A stretch of DNA of 64,000 nucleotides from Tidjanibacter sp. (GTDB lineage: Bacteria > Bacteroidota > Bacteroidia > Bacteroidales > Rikenellaceae). The notes below the pieces were generated by a model. The model saw only the letters and a list, made by a program, of their open reading frames with translations. It made no database searches and was not told the origin of the DNA. Positions 28,226-38,726 of this stretch are shown here, piece by piece. The position numbers and the translations under genes were made by a program. Where the stretch lies: contig JAZNFV010000016.1 in the NCBI GenBank assembly GCA_045576155.1, positions 20,654 through 84,653 of the forward strand. Reading direction: 5' to 3'. The first letter of the stretch is position 1; each line of letters starts with the position of its first letter.

Positions 28226-30312
28226 TATTTCAGAATCTCGTCGATAAGAGCCTGCGTCTCGGGCTTATGGCCTCGGAAGGCAACATAAAGCTCCATAGGA
28301 TGACGGATGCCACCCTTTGAAAGCACCTCCTCACGGAAGCGATTACCGCACTCGCGCGAGAAGATACCCATCTCCTTGAAGAGCTCGAAAGCGTCGGCAT
28401 CGAGCACCTCGGCCCACTTGTAGCCATAGTAGCCAGCAGCATAGCCGCCCGAGAAGATGTGGCTAAACGAGCAACCCATATGAGTACCCTCAACAGCGGG
28501 GAGCACCTGAGTGGATTGGGCGGCCTTACGCTCGAAGGCTACAACATCGTCGATAGGCTCGGTGATGGTGTGGTAGGCCATATCAATCATACCGAAGGAT
28601 ACCTGACGGATATTGCCATAGGCAGCCAAGTATTTCTTCGATGCGATAATCTTATCCCTCAACTCAGCGGGCATCTTCTCGCCGGTCTGGTAGTGTACGG
28701 CCACGATGTCGAGGAACTCAGGCTGGATGGCCCAGTTTTCGAGCACCTGACTGGGAAGCTCCACAAAGTCGCGATAGACATTCGTACCCGTAAGCGACTC
28801 GAAAGTACCTTTGGCGAAGAGGCCGTGGAGGCAGTGACCAAACTCGTGGAGGAAGGTCTCAAACTCGTCGAAGGTCAAGAGCGAAGGAGCGCTCTCGGTG
28901 GGTTTGGTGAAGTTGCCACAGAGCGAAATGAAGGGGCGCACCTCCTCGCCATCAATAGTTTTCATCTCGCGGAAGGCGGTCATCCAAGCGCCACCACGTT
29001 TGGTTGCGCGGGGGAAGAAGTCCATATAGAGCACGCCGAGGAAGTCGCCATTTTCCTCCAACACGTCGTAGGCCTTAACGTCGGGATGATAGACATCAAT
29101 CTTGTCGTTCTCCACAAACCTAATACCATAAAGCCTCTCTGCCAGAGTGAAGATACCCTTTTTGACATTCTCCAACTCGAAGTAGGGTTTCACATCCTCC
29201 TCGTTGTAGTCGAAGGTGGCTACTTTATATTTCTCATTCCAGTAGGCCCAATCCCAGGGCATAATCTCATACTTAGCGCCATTCTTGCGTGCATAGCGAG
29301 CCACAGTCTCGTAGTCCTTCTTGGCATATTTGATTGTAGCGGCGCGGAGCTCTTCGAGGAAGCCATTGACGGTGGCGGTGTTCTCGGCCATACGCTCCTC
29401 CAACACGAAGTCGGCATAGCAGTCGTAGCCAAACAACTTGGCGCTCTGCAAACGAAGCTCCGAGATACGCTTAACGATGTCGAGGTTGTTCAGCTCACCA
29501 CCCATACAGCGCGAGTTGGAAGCCCTCCACACCTGCTCTTTCAGCTCACGATTGGAGGAGTAGGTCAGGAAGGGGAACATACTTGCCTGTTGGAGAGTTA
29601 CAGTCCAACCCTCCTCGCCACGAGCCTTAGCCTCGGCAGCCATAGCGTCGCGCACAAATGCGGGAAGTTCGGCCACCTGAGCCTCGTCGGTGATGTTGAG
29701 GCTGAAAGCGTTGGTAGCAGCCAGCACGTTCTGCTCGAAGCGCAACGAAAGCTCCGACAACTCCTCAGAGATTTTCCTATACTGCTCCTTCTGCTCGTCG
29801 GAGAGGTTTGCACCCGAGCGAACAAAGCCCTTGTAGGTATTGTCGAGCAGTTTGGCCTCCTCCTCGTTGAGAGTAAGGTTTGCGCGGTTGTCATAGACAG
29901 CCTTCACCCTCTGCCAGAGAGTGGGGTTGAGATTCACGTCGTTGGAGAAAGCAATCAGTTTGGGCTGCACTTCCAGTGCGAGAGCCTGCATCTGGTCGCT
30001 GGTCTCGTTGCCGTTGAGCACAAAGAAGATGGTCGAAACGTGACCCAGCAACTCGCCGCTACGCTCCATAGCCAAGATTGTATTCTCAAAGGTGGGAGCT
30101 TCGGGGTTGTTGATGATAGCATCCATCTCGGCACGAGCCTCTGCCAAAGCATAGTCAAATGCGGGCATATAGTGTTCGAGTTTGATTTTCGAGAACTCGG
30201 GAGTACCATAGGGGGTCTCACCCTGATTGATAAGGGGGTTGTTGCTAATGGAGTTGCCACAACCACACATCATAGCTGTTGCCATAATAAAAGTGAAGAT
30301 TTTTGTTTTCAT
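28225..30312 (-). CDS. dcp: M3 family metallopeptidase (peptidyl-dipeptidase Dcp-like), lipoprotein
   Basis: HEFGH zinc motif, DFVELPSQ, GYYGYKWAEVLDAD. Confidence 0.92.
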   Translation of the reverse strand: MKTKIFTFIMATAMMCGCGNSISNNPLINQGETPYGTPEFSKIKLEHYMPAFDYALAEARAEMDAIINNPEAPTFENTILAMERSGELLGHVSTIFFVLNGNETSDQMQALALEVQPKLIAFSNDVNLNPTLWQRVKAVYDNRANLTLNEEEAKLLDNTYKGFVRSGANLSDEQKEQYRKISEELSELSLRFEQNVLAATNAFSLNITDEAQVAELPAFVRDAMAAEAKARGEEGWTVTLQQASMFPFLTYSSNRELKEQVWRASNSRCMGGELNNLDIVKRISELRLQSAKLFGYDCYADFVLEERMAENTATVNGFLEELRAATIKYAKKDYETVARYARKNGAKYEIMPWDWAYWNEKYKVATFDYNEEDVKPYFELENVKKGIFTLAERLYGIRFVENDKIDVYHPDVKAYDVLEENGDFLGVLYMDFFPRATKRGGAWMTAFREMKTIDGEEVRPFISLCGNFTKPTESAPSLLTFDEFETFLHEFGHCLHGLFAKGTFESLTGTNVYRDFVELPSQVLENWAIQPEFLDIVAVHYQTGEKMPAELRDKIIASKKYLAAYGNIRQVSFGMIDMAYHTITEPIDDVVAFERKAAQSTQVLPAVEGTHMGCSFSHIFSGGYAAGYYGYKWAEVLDADAFELFKEMGIFSRECGNRFREEVLSKGGIRHPMELYVAFRGHKPETQALIDEILK

Positions 30313-30353
30313 TTGCTCTTTTTTATTTAATTAAATTAGTAATTTTTCTATTG

Positions 30354-31592
30354 CTACAAGCGACTAATCTTGTCGCCCTCGATGCGCACCACAAATGCGC
30401 CTGCAAAGTAGCGGTTGGCATCTTTGCAGATTGTGCGTGCCTCCTCCAAACTTGTGGCTGCAATCAGGCAGCGCCACTTGCCCGAGGATGTTTTCTGCTG
30501 AACAATGCGACCACGATATGGGCCAAACTTACGGTCGTTGGGGTCGGACTCCTTCGACAGGGTGCAAATTTGCACAAAATAACCACTCAGCGCCTTCTCA
30601 ACCTGCTGTTCGGGTTTGGTGGCGGATTTTTCGGTTGGTTTTGTGATTGGTTTTTCAGTTGGTTTTATTGCGGGTTTAGCAGCAGGCTCTACCACCGGTT
30701 TAGCGGTAGGTTGTTGCTCGCTCTTGGGAGCGGTCGGCTCGGTTGGCTTAGGCTCGGCCTTCGCATCATCCTTCGTGGGGGTGGCGGAGGCAGTGCTCTC
30801 GTCGGCCTTGGCGTTGCAAATCTCCCTATACTGACTAAACGCATCGAAGAGAGCCTTAACGACCTGCTGCTGACCCACCTCGCTGTGGAGGTAGTCGCGG
30901 TCTTTCTTGTTGGTCATAAAGCCCATCTCGGTCAGCACCGCAGGCATAGCCGTACGCCACAAAACAAGGTAAGGGCCTTGACGTGCGCCTCTGTCGGTCA
31001 CTTTGGTGGTCTTGGCGTAGTTCTTCTGCACCAACTCGGCAAAGAGCATACTCTGCTCCGAGTAGGCATACTGCATCAGCGAGAAGATGATGAAACTCTC
31101 GTCGCTGTTGGGGTCGTAGCCCTCATATTTGGCCTCGTAGTCGCCCTCCATAACGATTACAGAGTTCTCCCTCTGTGCCACAGCCAAGTTCTTGGCCGAC
31201 TTGTCGTTACCCATAATGTAGGTCGAAGAGCCGTTGGCCTCGGTGTTGCCCACAGCGTCGGTGTGGATGCTGATGAAAAGGTCTGCGCCGGCACGATTGG
31301 CAATATCGCCCCTCTCGTGCAACTCCACAAAACAGTCGTCCTTGCGGGTGTAGATAACCTCCACATCGGGGTAGGCCTCGTCAATCATCTTGCCCAGAGC
31401 CAAAGCCACCTTCAAGTTTAACTCCTTTTCTAAGTGTTTGCCCCACGAGCAGCCGGGGTCTTTGCCACCGTGACCTGCGTCGATAACCACCGTCGAGAGT
31501 CGTCGCTCGGCGGAGTCGATTTTTCCTTGCGCGCATACGAGCGCAGGGAGCAAAAGCGTTAATATAAGCAGTAAAGAGGTTGAATGTTTCAT
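30354..31592 (-). CDS. N-acetylmuramoyl-L-alanine amidase (Amidase_3) with Pro/Lys linker and SPOR-like tail
   Basis: VIDAGHGGKDPG, EKELNL, FISIHTD, AVLTEMGF. Confidence 0.92.
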   Translation of the reverse strand: MKHSTSLLLILTLLLPALVCAQGKIDSAERRLSTVVIDAGHGGKDPGCSWGKHLEKELNLKVALALGKMIDEAYPDVEVIYTRKDDCFVELHERGDIANRAGADLFISIHTDAVGNTEANGSSTYIMGNDKSAKNLAVAQRENSVIVMEGDYEAKYEGYDPNSDESFIIFSLMQYAYSEQSMLFAELVQKNYAKTTKVTDRGARQGPYLVLWRTAMPAVLTEMGFMTNKKDRDYLHSEVGQQQVVKALFDAFSQYREICNAKADESTASATPTKDDAKAEPKPTEPTAPKSEQQPTAKPVVEPAAKPAIKPTEKPITKPTEKSATKPEQQVEKALSGYFVQICTLSKESDPNDRKFGPYRGRIVQQKTSSGKWRCLIAATSLEEARTICKDANRYFAGAFVVRIEGDKISRL

Positions 31593-31676
31593 TGTTTTTA
31601 CTATTTTTGCTGAATGATTCGACCACACAAGTGGCGTAAGAATCAGACATTTAGTGGTTTTTGCCGACTCTGTCGG

Positions 31677-31684
31677 CAAAGGTA
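31677..31684 (-). promoter_or_regulatory. -7 promoter element (TACCTTTG) for the amidase
   Basis: caaaggta on + in the divergent amidase/LptD-like intergenic region. Confidence 0.55.
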
Positions 31685-31702
31685 ATAATTTTTTGTGAAA
31701 TT

Positions 31703-34435
31703 TTGGACTACAAACGCATAAAACAGACTATTTTTTTGCTGGCGGCACTGCTATGGTCAGCTACGCTGGGGGCGCAAAATCTCTCCACCGAGGAGAAAAT
31801 TTTGCATCCCACAGCCGACTCTCTACTCTCCGCAAAGAGCATTGAGCCCAACAATAGATTTGCTGCTCGCCAGTCGGTTTTTGCCACCCCCGACTCACTC
31901 GCCCAAAGGGCCGACAACAAAGCCATCGACTCTCTGCTCGTCTTACCCTCCGATACGGCAGGCCGACGCAAAGAGCGCAACTTCCTCGACGAGGTAATCA
32001 GTGGCAAAAACAAAGACTCGCTCTACTACGACGTCAGGGGCAAGATGGTACACATCTACGAGCAGGGCGACGTGACCTATGGCAATATGAACATCAAGGC
32101 CGACTATATGCGTGTCTCGATGGATAGCAAGGAGCTACTTGCCTACGGTAAGGCCGACACCTCGGCCTATGGCCACACCCGCCCCGAGTTTACCGAGTCG
32201 GGCTCGACCTACACAATGGATACCGTAACCTACAACATCGACTCAAAGAGGGCCAAAATCAAGGGCGTTGTCACCAAAGACGGCGAGGGCTACCTGACGG
32301 GTCGCGAGGTGAAGATGATGGACGACAAGTCGTTCAACATCAGGGGCGGTGTCTATACCACCTGCGAACACACCGACCACCCCCACTTCTACATCCAGAT
32401 GACCAAGGCCAAGTTTATCCCCGGCAAGAAGATTGTCTCAGGCCCATTGTATTTGGTTATTGCCGATGTGCCTCTGCCACTGCTCATACCCGAGATTTTC
32501 TTCCCGATGAATATGGAGCGCAAGACGGGCTTTATTATGCCCAGCTATGGTGAGGAGAGCAACCGAGGTTTCTTCTTGCGCGACGGTGGCTACTACTTCC
32601 ACATCAACGACTATCTTGATTTCAAGATTACGGGCGGTATCTATACGCTCGGCTCGTGGGAGGTCAATGCAGCCTCCACCTATCGTGTGCGCTACAAGTT
32701 CAACGGCTCGGTGGGAGTGAACTACGCCCAGACCGTAACGGGCGACAAGGGTTCGAGCGACTATATGAATCAGGGTAGCTTCCGCGTTATGTGGACTCAC
32801 TCGCAGGATGCCAAGTACAACCCCAACTCCACCTTCTCGGCCAAAGTGGACTTCTCCTCGCCCGGATTCAACAAAAACGCCTCAACCGACCTTACGACAT
32901 ACCTCTCCTCGCAGACCAACTCATCAATCAACTACTCCCACTCGTGGAAAGGATTTCCTATGAACCTCTCGATTGGTCTGACCTACTCGCAGCAGCTCAA
33001 TACGGGTGACGTGTCGCTGGGTATGCCTAATATCAACTTCAAAGTCAATCGCTTCTACCCCTTCAAGCGCAAGGTTATGGTGGGCAAGGAGCGTTGGTAT
33101 GAGAAGATTGCAATGACCTATCAGGCCCAGATGCAGAATACACTCAAAACCAAGTTTGAGGATATGTTCAAAAAGGAGAGTCTGGACAATATGAAAAACG
33201 GTGTAAAACACACCCTGCCCATCAGCGCCTCGTTCAATGTGGGCGGTTTTCTGAACGTCTCGCCCTCGATTAACTACAACGAGAGGTGGTATTTCCGCCG
33301 TGTGGACCAACGTTGGAGCGACAAGCAGAATGCTATTGTGGCCGACACAACGCGCGGTTTCTACCGAGTCTATGACTACAACGCCTCCGTATCGGCCAAC
33401 ACCACCCTCTATGGTATGTATCAGTTCAAGAATCCCAACAGCTACCTGAAAGCTGTGCGCCATACAATCAACATCTCCACCTCGGCCTCTATTGCGCCCG
33501 ACTTCGGCAACCCCAAATATGGCTACTGGAAAGAGGTACAGGGCAATGCCGAGGGCACAAGGATGCAACGCTATTCGCCATTCTCGGGCGAGATGTATGG
33601 TGTGCCCAGCAGCAGCCCCAATGCGAGTCTGTCGCTCGACATATCGCAGACCCTCGAAGCCAAAGTAGCCAGCGACACCGACACGACGGGTATGAAGAAG
33701 GTGAAAATAATCGACGACTTCGCATTCAGTTTCAGCTACAACTTCTTGGCCGACTCAATGAAACTGAGCAACATACCTGTGCGTATCCGTTCAAGCATCA
33801 TACCCAACTTCGGTATTAACATCTCGATGAACCTCGACCCCTATGAGGTGGACAAAACTACGGGCAAACGCTACGACAAGTTGCTCTTGAAGCGAGGCAT
33901 ACCCGGACGTATTGCCTCAACGGGTTGGTCGTGTGGCTACACGTTCCGCTCGTCGGATCTCTATACGGAGGCCACCATAAACGACATCTCGAAGCAGTAT
34001 CCCGAATACTCCAACCCATATTTCTACGACCCCAACGACCCGCTCGACCCAGCCCTGCGTCGTCAGCTTATGACCTCGCAGTACTACGACTTCTCGATGC
34101 CCTGGAACTTCTCGTTCAACTACTCAATCAACTACACCAACAATGGTGTGGTTAAGAAGATAGTCAATACGCTCAGTTTCCAAGCCTCACTGACGCTCGA
34201 CAAAGACCGCAAGTGGGCAATCAACTACTCGGGTGGTTACGACTTCGACTCCCGACAACTCACCCCGGGTGCAATGACTCTGGTGAGGGACTTGCACTGC
34301 TGGCAGATGAACTTCACGTGTGTGCCCTTTGGTTATCGTAAGAGTTGGAGCTTCAACATCAGCGTTAAGTCGTCGCTCTTGCAAGACCTCAAATACGAAA
34401 AGTCGTCGTCGCACTACGACAACCTCTACGAATAA
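31703..34435 (+). CDS. Putative LPS-assembly protein LptD (Bacteroidota type)
   Basis: GVYTTC..HPHF, ESNRGFFLRDGGYY, RDLHCWQM...W, LLQDLKYEK. Start uncertain; TTG at 31703 chosen. Confidence 0.8.
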   Translation: MDYKRIKQTIFLLAALLWSATLGAQNLSTEEKILHPTADSLLSAKSIEPNNRFAARQSVFATPDSLAQRADNKAIDSLLVLPSDTAGRRKERNFLDEVISGKNKDSLYYDVRGKMVHIYEQGDVTYGNMNIKADYMRVSMDSKELLAYGKADTSAYGHTRPEFTESGSTYTMDTVTYNIDSKRAKIKGVVTKDGEGYLTGREVKMMDDKSFNIRGGVYTTCEHTDHPHFYIQMTKAKFIPGKKIVSGPLYLVIADVPLPLLIPEIFFPMNMERKTGFIMPSYGEESNRGFFLRDGGYYFHINDYLDFKITGGIYTLGSWEVNAASTYRVRYKFNGSVGVNYAQTVTGDKGSSDYMNQGSFRVMWTHSQDAKYNPNSTFSAKVDFSSPGFNKNASTDLTTYLSSQTNSSINYSHSWKGFPMNLSIGLTYSQQLNTGDVSLGMPNINFKVNRFYPFKRKVMVGKERWYEKIAMTYQAQMQNTLKTKFEDMFKKESLDNMKNGVKHTLPISASFNVGGFLNVSPSINYNERWYFRRVDQRWSDKQNAIVADTTRGFYRVYDYNASVSANTTLYGMYQFKNPNSYLKAVRHTINISTSASIAPDFGNPKYGYWKEVQGNAEGTRMQRYSPFSGEMYGVPSSSPNASLSLDISQTLEAKVASDTDTTGMKKVKIIDDFAFSFSYNFLADSMKLSNIPVRIRSSIIPNFGINISMNLDPYEVDKTTGKRYDKLLLKRGIPGRIASTGWSCGYTFRSSDLYTEATINDISKQYPEYSNPYFYDPNDPLDPALRRQLMTSQYYDFSMPWNFSFNYSINYTNNGVVKKIVNTLSFQASLTLDKDRKWAINYSGGYDFDSRQLTPGAMTLVRDLHCWQMNFTCVPFGYRKSWSFNISVKSSLLQDLKYEKSSSHYDNLYE

Positions 34436-34474
34436 CCCCAAAGGCAGGGCGCAAACCTACTCAGCACAACAACA

Positions 34475-36964
34475 ATGGATAATACGAAACTCGAAATAAA
34501 ACTCGGCTTTGAACGCATACGCCGTCAGGTGGCCGAACTATGCTCCACCCCCTCGGCTAAGGAGTTGGTGGGTCAGATGGACTTCTCCACCTCGGCCAAA
34601 GAGGTAGAGTGGCGACAGAGTGTGGCCGAAGAGGTTAGGCTGGCGTTGCTTACCGAGCCACAGTTTCCTAAGGGGGAGATAGTGGAATTTAGCATTGTGG
34701 TGGCAAAACTCGCTGCACAAGGCTCTTTTCTGGAAGCCGACGAATTGTTACTTCTGAGCGGAGGTCTGAAAGGCGTTGGCGAGGCCACACGAATGTTTGT
34801 GGCAGCCCGCGAGCGCTACCCTCTTATGGCCTCCGAATCAGAGAAAGTTGAGTCGTTTCCCGACATTGTGAGCCACATCGACACACTCATCGACCGTCAC
34901 GGCGAGGTGAGGGATAGTGCCTCGGCAGAGCTGTACGAGATACGTCGCTCCATACGCGCCCACGAGGGTCAGGCCGCCAAGAGGTTGCAGGCCGTACTGG
35001 CTGCCGCAATCAAGGAGGGCATTGTGGAGGAGGGTGCGTCGCTCTCCATAAGGGATGGTCGCAGTGTCATACCCGTTGCTGCGGCCAACAAACGCAAGCT
35101 CCGAGGTTTTGTCCACGACGAGTCGGCCACAGGTAAGACGGTCTATATTGAGCCTGTGGAGGTGGTGGAGATAAACAACGCACTGAAAGAGTTGGAGTAT
35201 GCCGAGCGCAGGGAGATTATTCGCCTGCTGACAGAGTTTACCGAGAACATACGCCCCTATGGCAAACAGATGGCCGAGAGCCGTCGCTACCTTACCGGCT
35301 TCGACTTCCTCCGAGCCAAAGCTCGCTGGGCCGTAGCCAATGGTGCATACAAACCCATACTCTCCGACGAGGGCACTCTGCGACTCGTGGAGGCCCGTCA
35401 CCCACTGCTCCAACAGAGTCACGCCAAGGAGAAGAAAGAGGTAGTGCCACTGGATTTGCGCCTCAATGGAGGCCGTCGCATATTGGTCATCTCGGGCCCT
35501 AATGCGGGAGGTAAGTCGGTATGTCTGAAAACGGTAGGACTACTGCAATATATGTTTCAGTGTGGTCTTGCCATACCTGCTGGCGGACTTAGCGAGTTGC
35601 CCATTTTCGAGCGCATCTTCATAGACATTGGCGACCAACAGAGCATCGAGAACGACCTCTCGACCTACTCGTCACACCTGACGAATATGAAGGAGATGCT
35701 CGCCGGCGCATCCCCCTCGACCCTAATCCTCATCGACGAGTTTGGCGGTGGCACAGAGCCAACCATAGGTGGAGCTATTGCCGAGGCTATGCTCGAAAGG
35801 TTTGTGGAGTCGGGCACTTACGGAATTGTCACAACCCACTACACCAACATAAAGTATTTCGCCTCCAACCACCAAGGTGTGGCCAACGGAGCAATGCTCT
35901 TCGATGTGCAGAACATACGCCCACTGTTCCGACTGGAAATGGGCGAGCCGGGAAGCTCGTTTGCCATTGAGATTGCACGCAAGATTGGACTTCCCGAACA
36001 GATTATCCGCAGCGCCTCCGAGAAGGTCGGCACAGAGGTTATGAGCCTCGAACGTCAGTTGCGCGAGGTGGCCCGCAGTCGCAACTACTGGGAGCAGAAG
36101 CGCGAGCGCATACGCATAGCCGATAGGCGTGTGGAGGAGATGGAGAGCGAGTATGCAGCCCGCTTGGCAGGGCTTAAAGAGGAGCGTGCGGCCATCATCC
36201 GTCAGGCCAAAGAGGATGCACGCGAAATACTCGACCAAACAAACCGCACGATTGAGAATACGGTGCGTGTGATACGCGAGTCGCAGGCCGAAAAGGAGAC
36301 CACAAGGCTTGCCCGTCGTGAGCTGGAATCGCTCAGAGAGAGGGTTGAGAGCGATGTCGATTACCTCTCGGCCGAGAGCGAGAAGGTGGCCCGCGAGATG
36401 GAGAAGATTGAACGTCGTCGCCAGAAGCGTGCCGAGCGTAAGGCCCAGCGTGGCGAGGTGGATAGTGCGCCCAAGACCGAGCCAGAGCCGGTGGTACTAC
36501 CCATAGTTGTGGGTGCAAAGGTGCGCATCGTCGGACAAGAGGGCGTGGGCGAGGTTCTATCGCTCAAAGGAAAGAAGGCCACCGTAGCCATAGGTCAGAT
36601 TACCACCACCATCGCCATCGACCGCTTGGAGGCCATAAGCCAAAACGAATACAAGAAACAGATGCGCCCAACCTCAGCCCGCACCGTTGTGAGTGTGGAT
36701 ATTTCGAGTCGCAAGCTCGCCTTCAAGGACAATATCGACATTAGAGGTATGAGGGCCGGTGAGGCTATGGAGGTGGTGCAAGACTTCATCGACGACGCCA
36801 TAATGGTGGGCATAGGCACTGTGACCATTCTGCACGGCAAAGGCACAGGTGCGCTCAAAGAGGAGGTACGACGCTACCTGCGCTACATACCACAAGTGGC
36901 CTCCGCCACCGACGACCACCCCGACCGAGGTGGTGCAGGCATTACCGTCGTAAAGTTCAAATAG
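34475..36964 (+). CDS. mutS2: Endonuclease MutS2 (Smr domain)
   Basis: SGPNAGGKS, LIDEFGGGTEP, TTHY, IDIRGM...LHGKGTG. Confidence 0.95.
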   Translation: MDNTKLEIKLGFERIRRQVAELCSTPSAKELVGQMDFSTSAKEVEWRQSVAEEVRLALLTEPQFPKGEIVEFSIVVAKLAAQGSFLEADELLLLSGGLKGVGEATRMFVAARERYPLMASESEKVESFPDIVSHIDTLIDRHGEVRDSASAELYEIRRSIRAHEGQAAKRLQAVLAAAIKEGIVEEGASLSIRDGRSVIPVAAANKRKLRGFVHDESATGKTVYIEPVEVVEINNALKELEYAERREIIRLLTEFTENIRPYGKQMAESRRYLTGFDFLRAKARWAVANGAYKPILSDEGTLRLVEARHPLLQQSHAKEKKEVVPLDLRLNGGRRILVISGPNAGGKSVCLKTVGLLQYMFQCGLAIPAGGLSELPIFERIFIDIGDQQSIENDLSTYSSHLTNMKEMLAGASPSTLILIDEFGGGTEPTIGGAIAEAMLERFVESGTYGIVTTHYTNIKYFASNHQGVANGAMLFDVQNIRPLFRLEMGEPGSSFAIEIARKIGLPEQIIRSASEKVGTEVMSLERQLREVARSRNYWEQKRERIRIADRRVEEMESEYAARLAGLKEERAAIIRQAKEDAREILDQTNRTIENTVRVIRESQAEKETTRLARRELESLRERVESDVDYLSAESEKVAREMEKIERRRQKRAERKAQRGEVDSAPKTEPEPVVLPIVVGAKVRIVGQEGVGEVLSLKGKKATVAIGQITTTIAIDRLEAISQNEYKKQMRPTSARTVVSVDISSRKLAFKDNIDIRGMRAGEAMEVVQDFIDDAIMVGIGTVTILHGKGTGALKEEVRRYLRYIPQVASATDDHPDRGGAGITVVKFK

Positions 36965-37186
36965 CTGTTGGCCAGTTGGCCAGTTGAGGGTTATTAGGGA
37001 ACTTAGGGAGTTTAGGGAGTGGCCTATAAGCCCTATAAGCCCTATAAGCCCTATAAGCCCCATAGGCCCCATAGGCCCTATGCTACCCTTGCTACCCCTG
37101 ATACCCTTGTAACCCCTGTAAAAAAAACGCGGGTATCATTTTCGATACCCGCGTTTTATATTAGCCTTAGACGTTAGACGTTAGAC
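36965..37186. repeat. Modular hairpin-minisatellite element, copy 3
   Basis: (ccagttg)n, ttagggagt units, (gccctataa)n, cccctg units, core aaaacgcgggtatc-attttc-gatacccgcgtttt (37124-37157), (gacgtta)n. Confidence 0.9.
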
Positions 37187-38608
37187 CTATTTAATAACAA
37201 CCCTCGGAGCATTATCGGGCACAACAGGGCCACGAGCGAAAAGGTCAATCAAATAGGCCGTAACCAAAGGTGAACGACCCTCCTCCGCACGACGTGGATA
37301 GGCATAGACTTTGTTGCCATAGACGTAGTCCGACATAGCCACCGTATAGAGCTCTTTGCGCTGCTCGGGGCGGATGACGACATCCACCGCATCGCCCGCA
37401 GAGTTGGTCACGATGGTATATTTCAGACCCGAAGGTATCAAATCCTCGCGGTGGGACTCTTTGTAGTTGGTGGTATCATTGAACTTATTGATAATCATCT
37501 CTTTGATTTCGTCAAGAGTCATTGTCGTTATGGCCAAGTAGCTCTGGAAAGGCTCCAACTCATAGATGTCGGCACGCGACACATCGCCCTCGGCCAGATA
37601 GGGCAAGCGAGTGCCACCGATGTGGTAGAAGGCAAGGTCTGTACCAGCCACACGACGGCCCTCGTCGGCCATAAGCTGAGCCAAGCCACGCTTGGAGGCC
37701 TCGGCGGTGAGTGTGCCAATAGACTCCGTTAGGAAAGGATTGTTGCCATAGGCCTCAACCTCCTCCGCGACAGAGGCCTTACCCTCCTCGGGCAGTGAGA
37801 TATAGCGCGTCGTAAGTTCTGCCACCTCTCCGCCACGCATAGTGATGGTCGTAAGGCCAACAGCTTTGAGTTTGTTAGTGCCCTGCACAACAGCCACATC
37901 GCCCACCTTGCCCGAATAGGTTTCGTGGGTGTGACCGCTGACAATCAGGTCGGCATAGGGGAAGGCGGAGGCAAGGTTGGTGGTATCGCGGTCGAGGCCA
38001 CAGTGGGAGAGGATGACCATAAGGTCGCACTTGGAGCGCAACTCCTTACCATAGCGCTCGGCAGTCCACTCGGGCGAGTAGAACTCCGTACCCGCATAGA
38101 CGGGGTCGTCGCCATCGGGGTGGCCATTGGCATAGTTGGTCACGATGCCGAGGAAGCCAACCTTCACACTCCCGGCACGTTTGACCACATAGGGCTTAGG
38201 CTGCTGCCAAGCCGTAGTGCCCGTATTGACATTGGCCAGCACAAGGTCGAACTCGGCATCCTCAACACGCTTTTGGAGCGTATCGAGGCCCATATCGAAC
38301 TCGTGGTTGCCATAGGTGGCAACGTCGTAGCCGAGGCGATTCATCTGCTCAATGATGGGGCGGCCTGCGTGGGTGGCCATATCGACAAAAGCGTTGCCCG
38401 TCCAGCGGTCGCCAGCATCGACAAGAAAAACCTTTGCGCTATCTTGCGCACGTGCCTCATCGACAAGCGTGGCCAAGCGAGGCATCATATCCAACTTGGC
38501 GTGGATGTCGCTCGTGGAGATGATGATAATGTGCTCTGTCTTGGGGGTGCAGGAGGCCACAGCCAAGAGTGTGGCGAGGGAAAAAAGTGTCAAGCGGATT
38601 GATTTCAT
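37187..38608 (-). CDS. Bifunctional metallophosphatase/5'-nucleotidase lipoprotein
   Basis: SDIHA, DAGD, GNHEFD, HCG, GHTH; lipobox VAS-C. Confidence 0.9.
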   Translation of the reverse strand: MKSIRLTLFSLATLLAVASCTPKTEHIIIISTSDIHAKLDMMPRLATLVDEARAQDSAKVFLVDAGDRWTGNAFVDMATHAGRPIIEQMNRLGYDVATYGNHEFDMGLDTLQKRVEDAEFDLVLANVNTGTTAWQQPKPYVVKRAGSVKVGFLGIVTNYANGHPDGDDPVYAGTEFYSPEWTAERYGKELRSKCDLMVILSHCGLDRDTTNLASAFPYADLIVSGHTHETYSGKVGDVAVVQGTNKLKAVGLTTITMRGGEVAELTTRYISLPEEGKASVAEEVEAYGNNPFLTESIGTLTAEASKRGLAQLMADEGRRVAGTDLAFYHIGGTRLPYLAEGDVSRADIYELEPFQSYLAITTMTLDEIKEMIINKFNDTTNYKESHREDLIPSGLKYTIVTNSAGDAVDVVIRPEQRKELYTVAMSDYVYGNKVYAYPRRAEEGRSPLVTAYLIDLFARGPVVPDNAPRVVIK

Positions 38609-38726
38609 ATCCAATAAATGCTCTTTTTGTGTTAGTTTGTGACAAATGTACAAAGTTTTTTTTAACTTTGAAAAGTTGTTCAAGAAAACAACTTCTGAGA
38701 GTAGTATCATCAAACAGTAAGCCGAT

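Noticed and set aside
30600-30790. 12-nt quasi-repeats in the amidase gene
   Set aside because: Typical Pro/Lys/Thr/Glu linker between the catalytic and SPOR-like domains.
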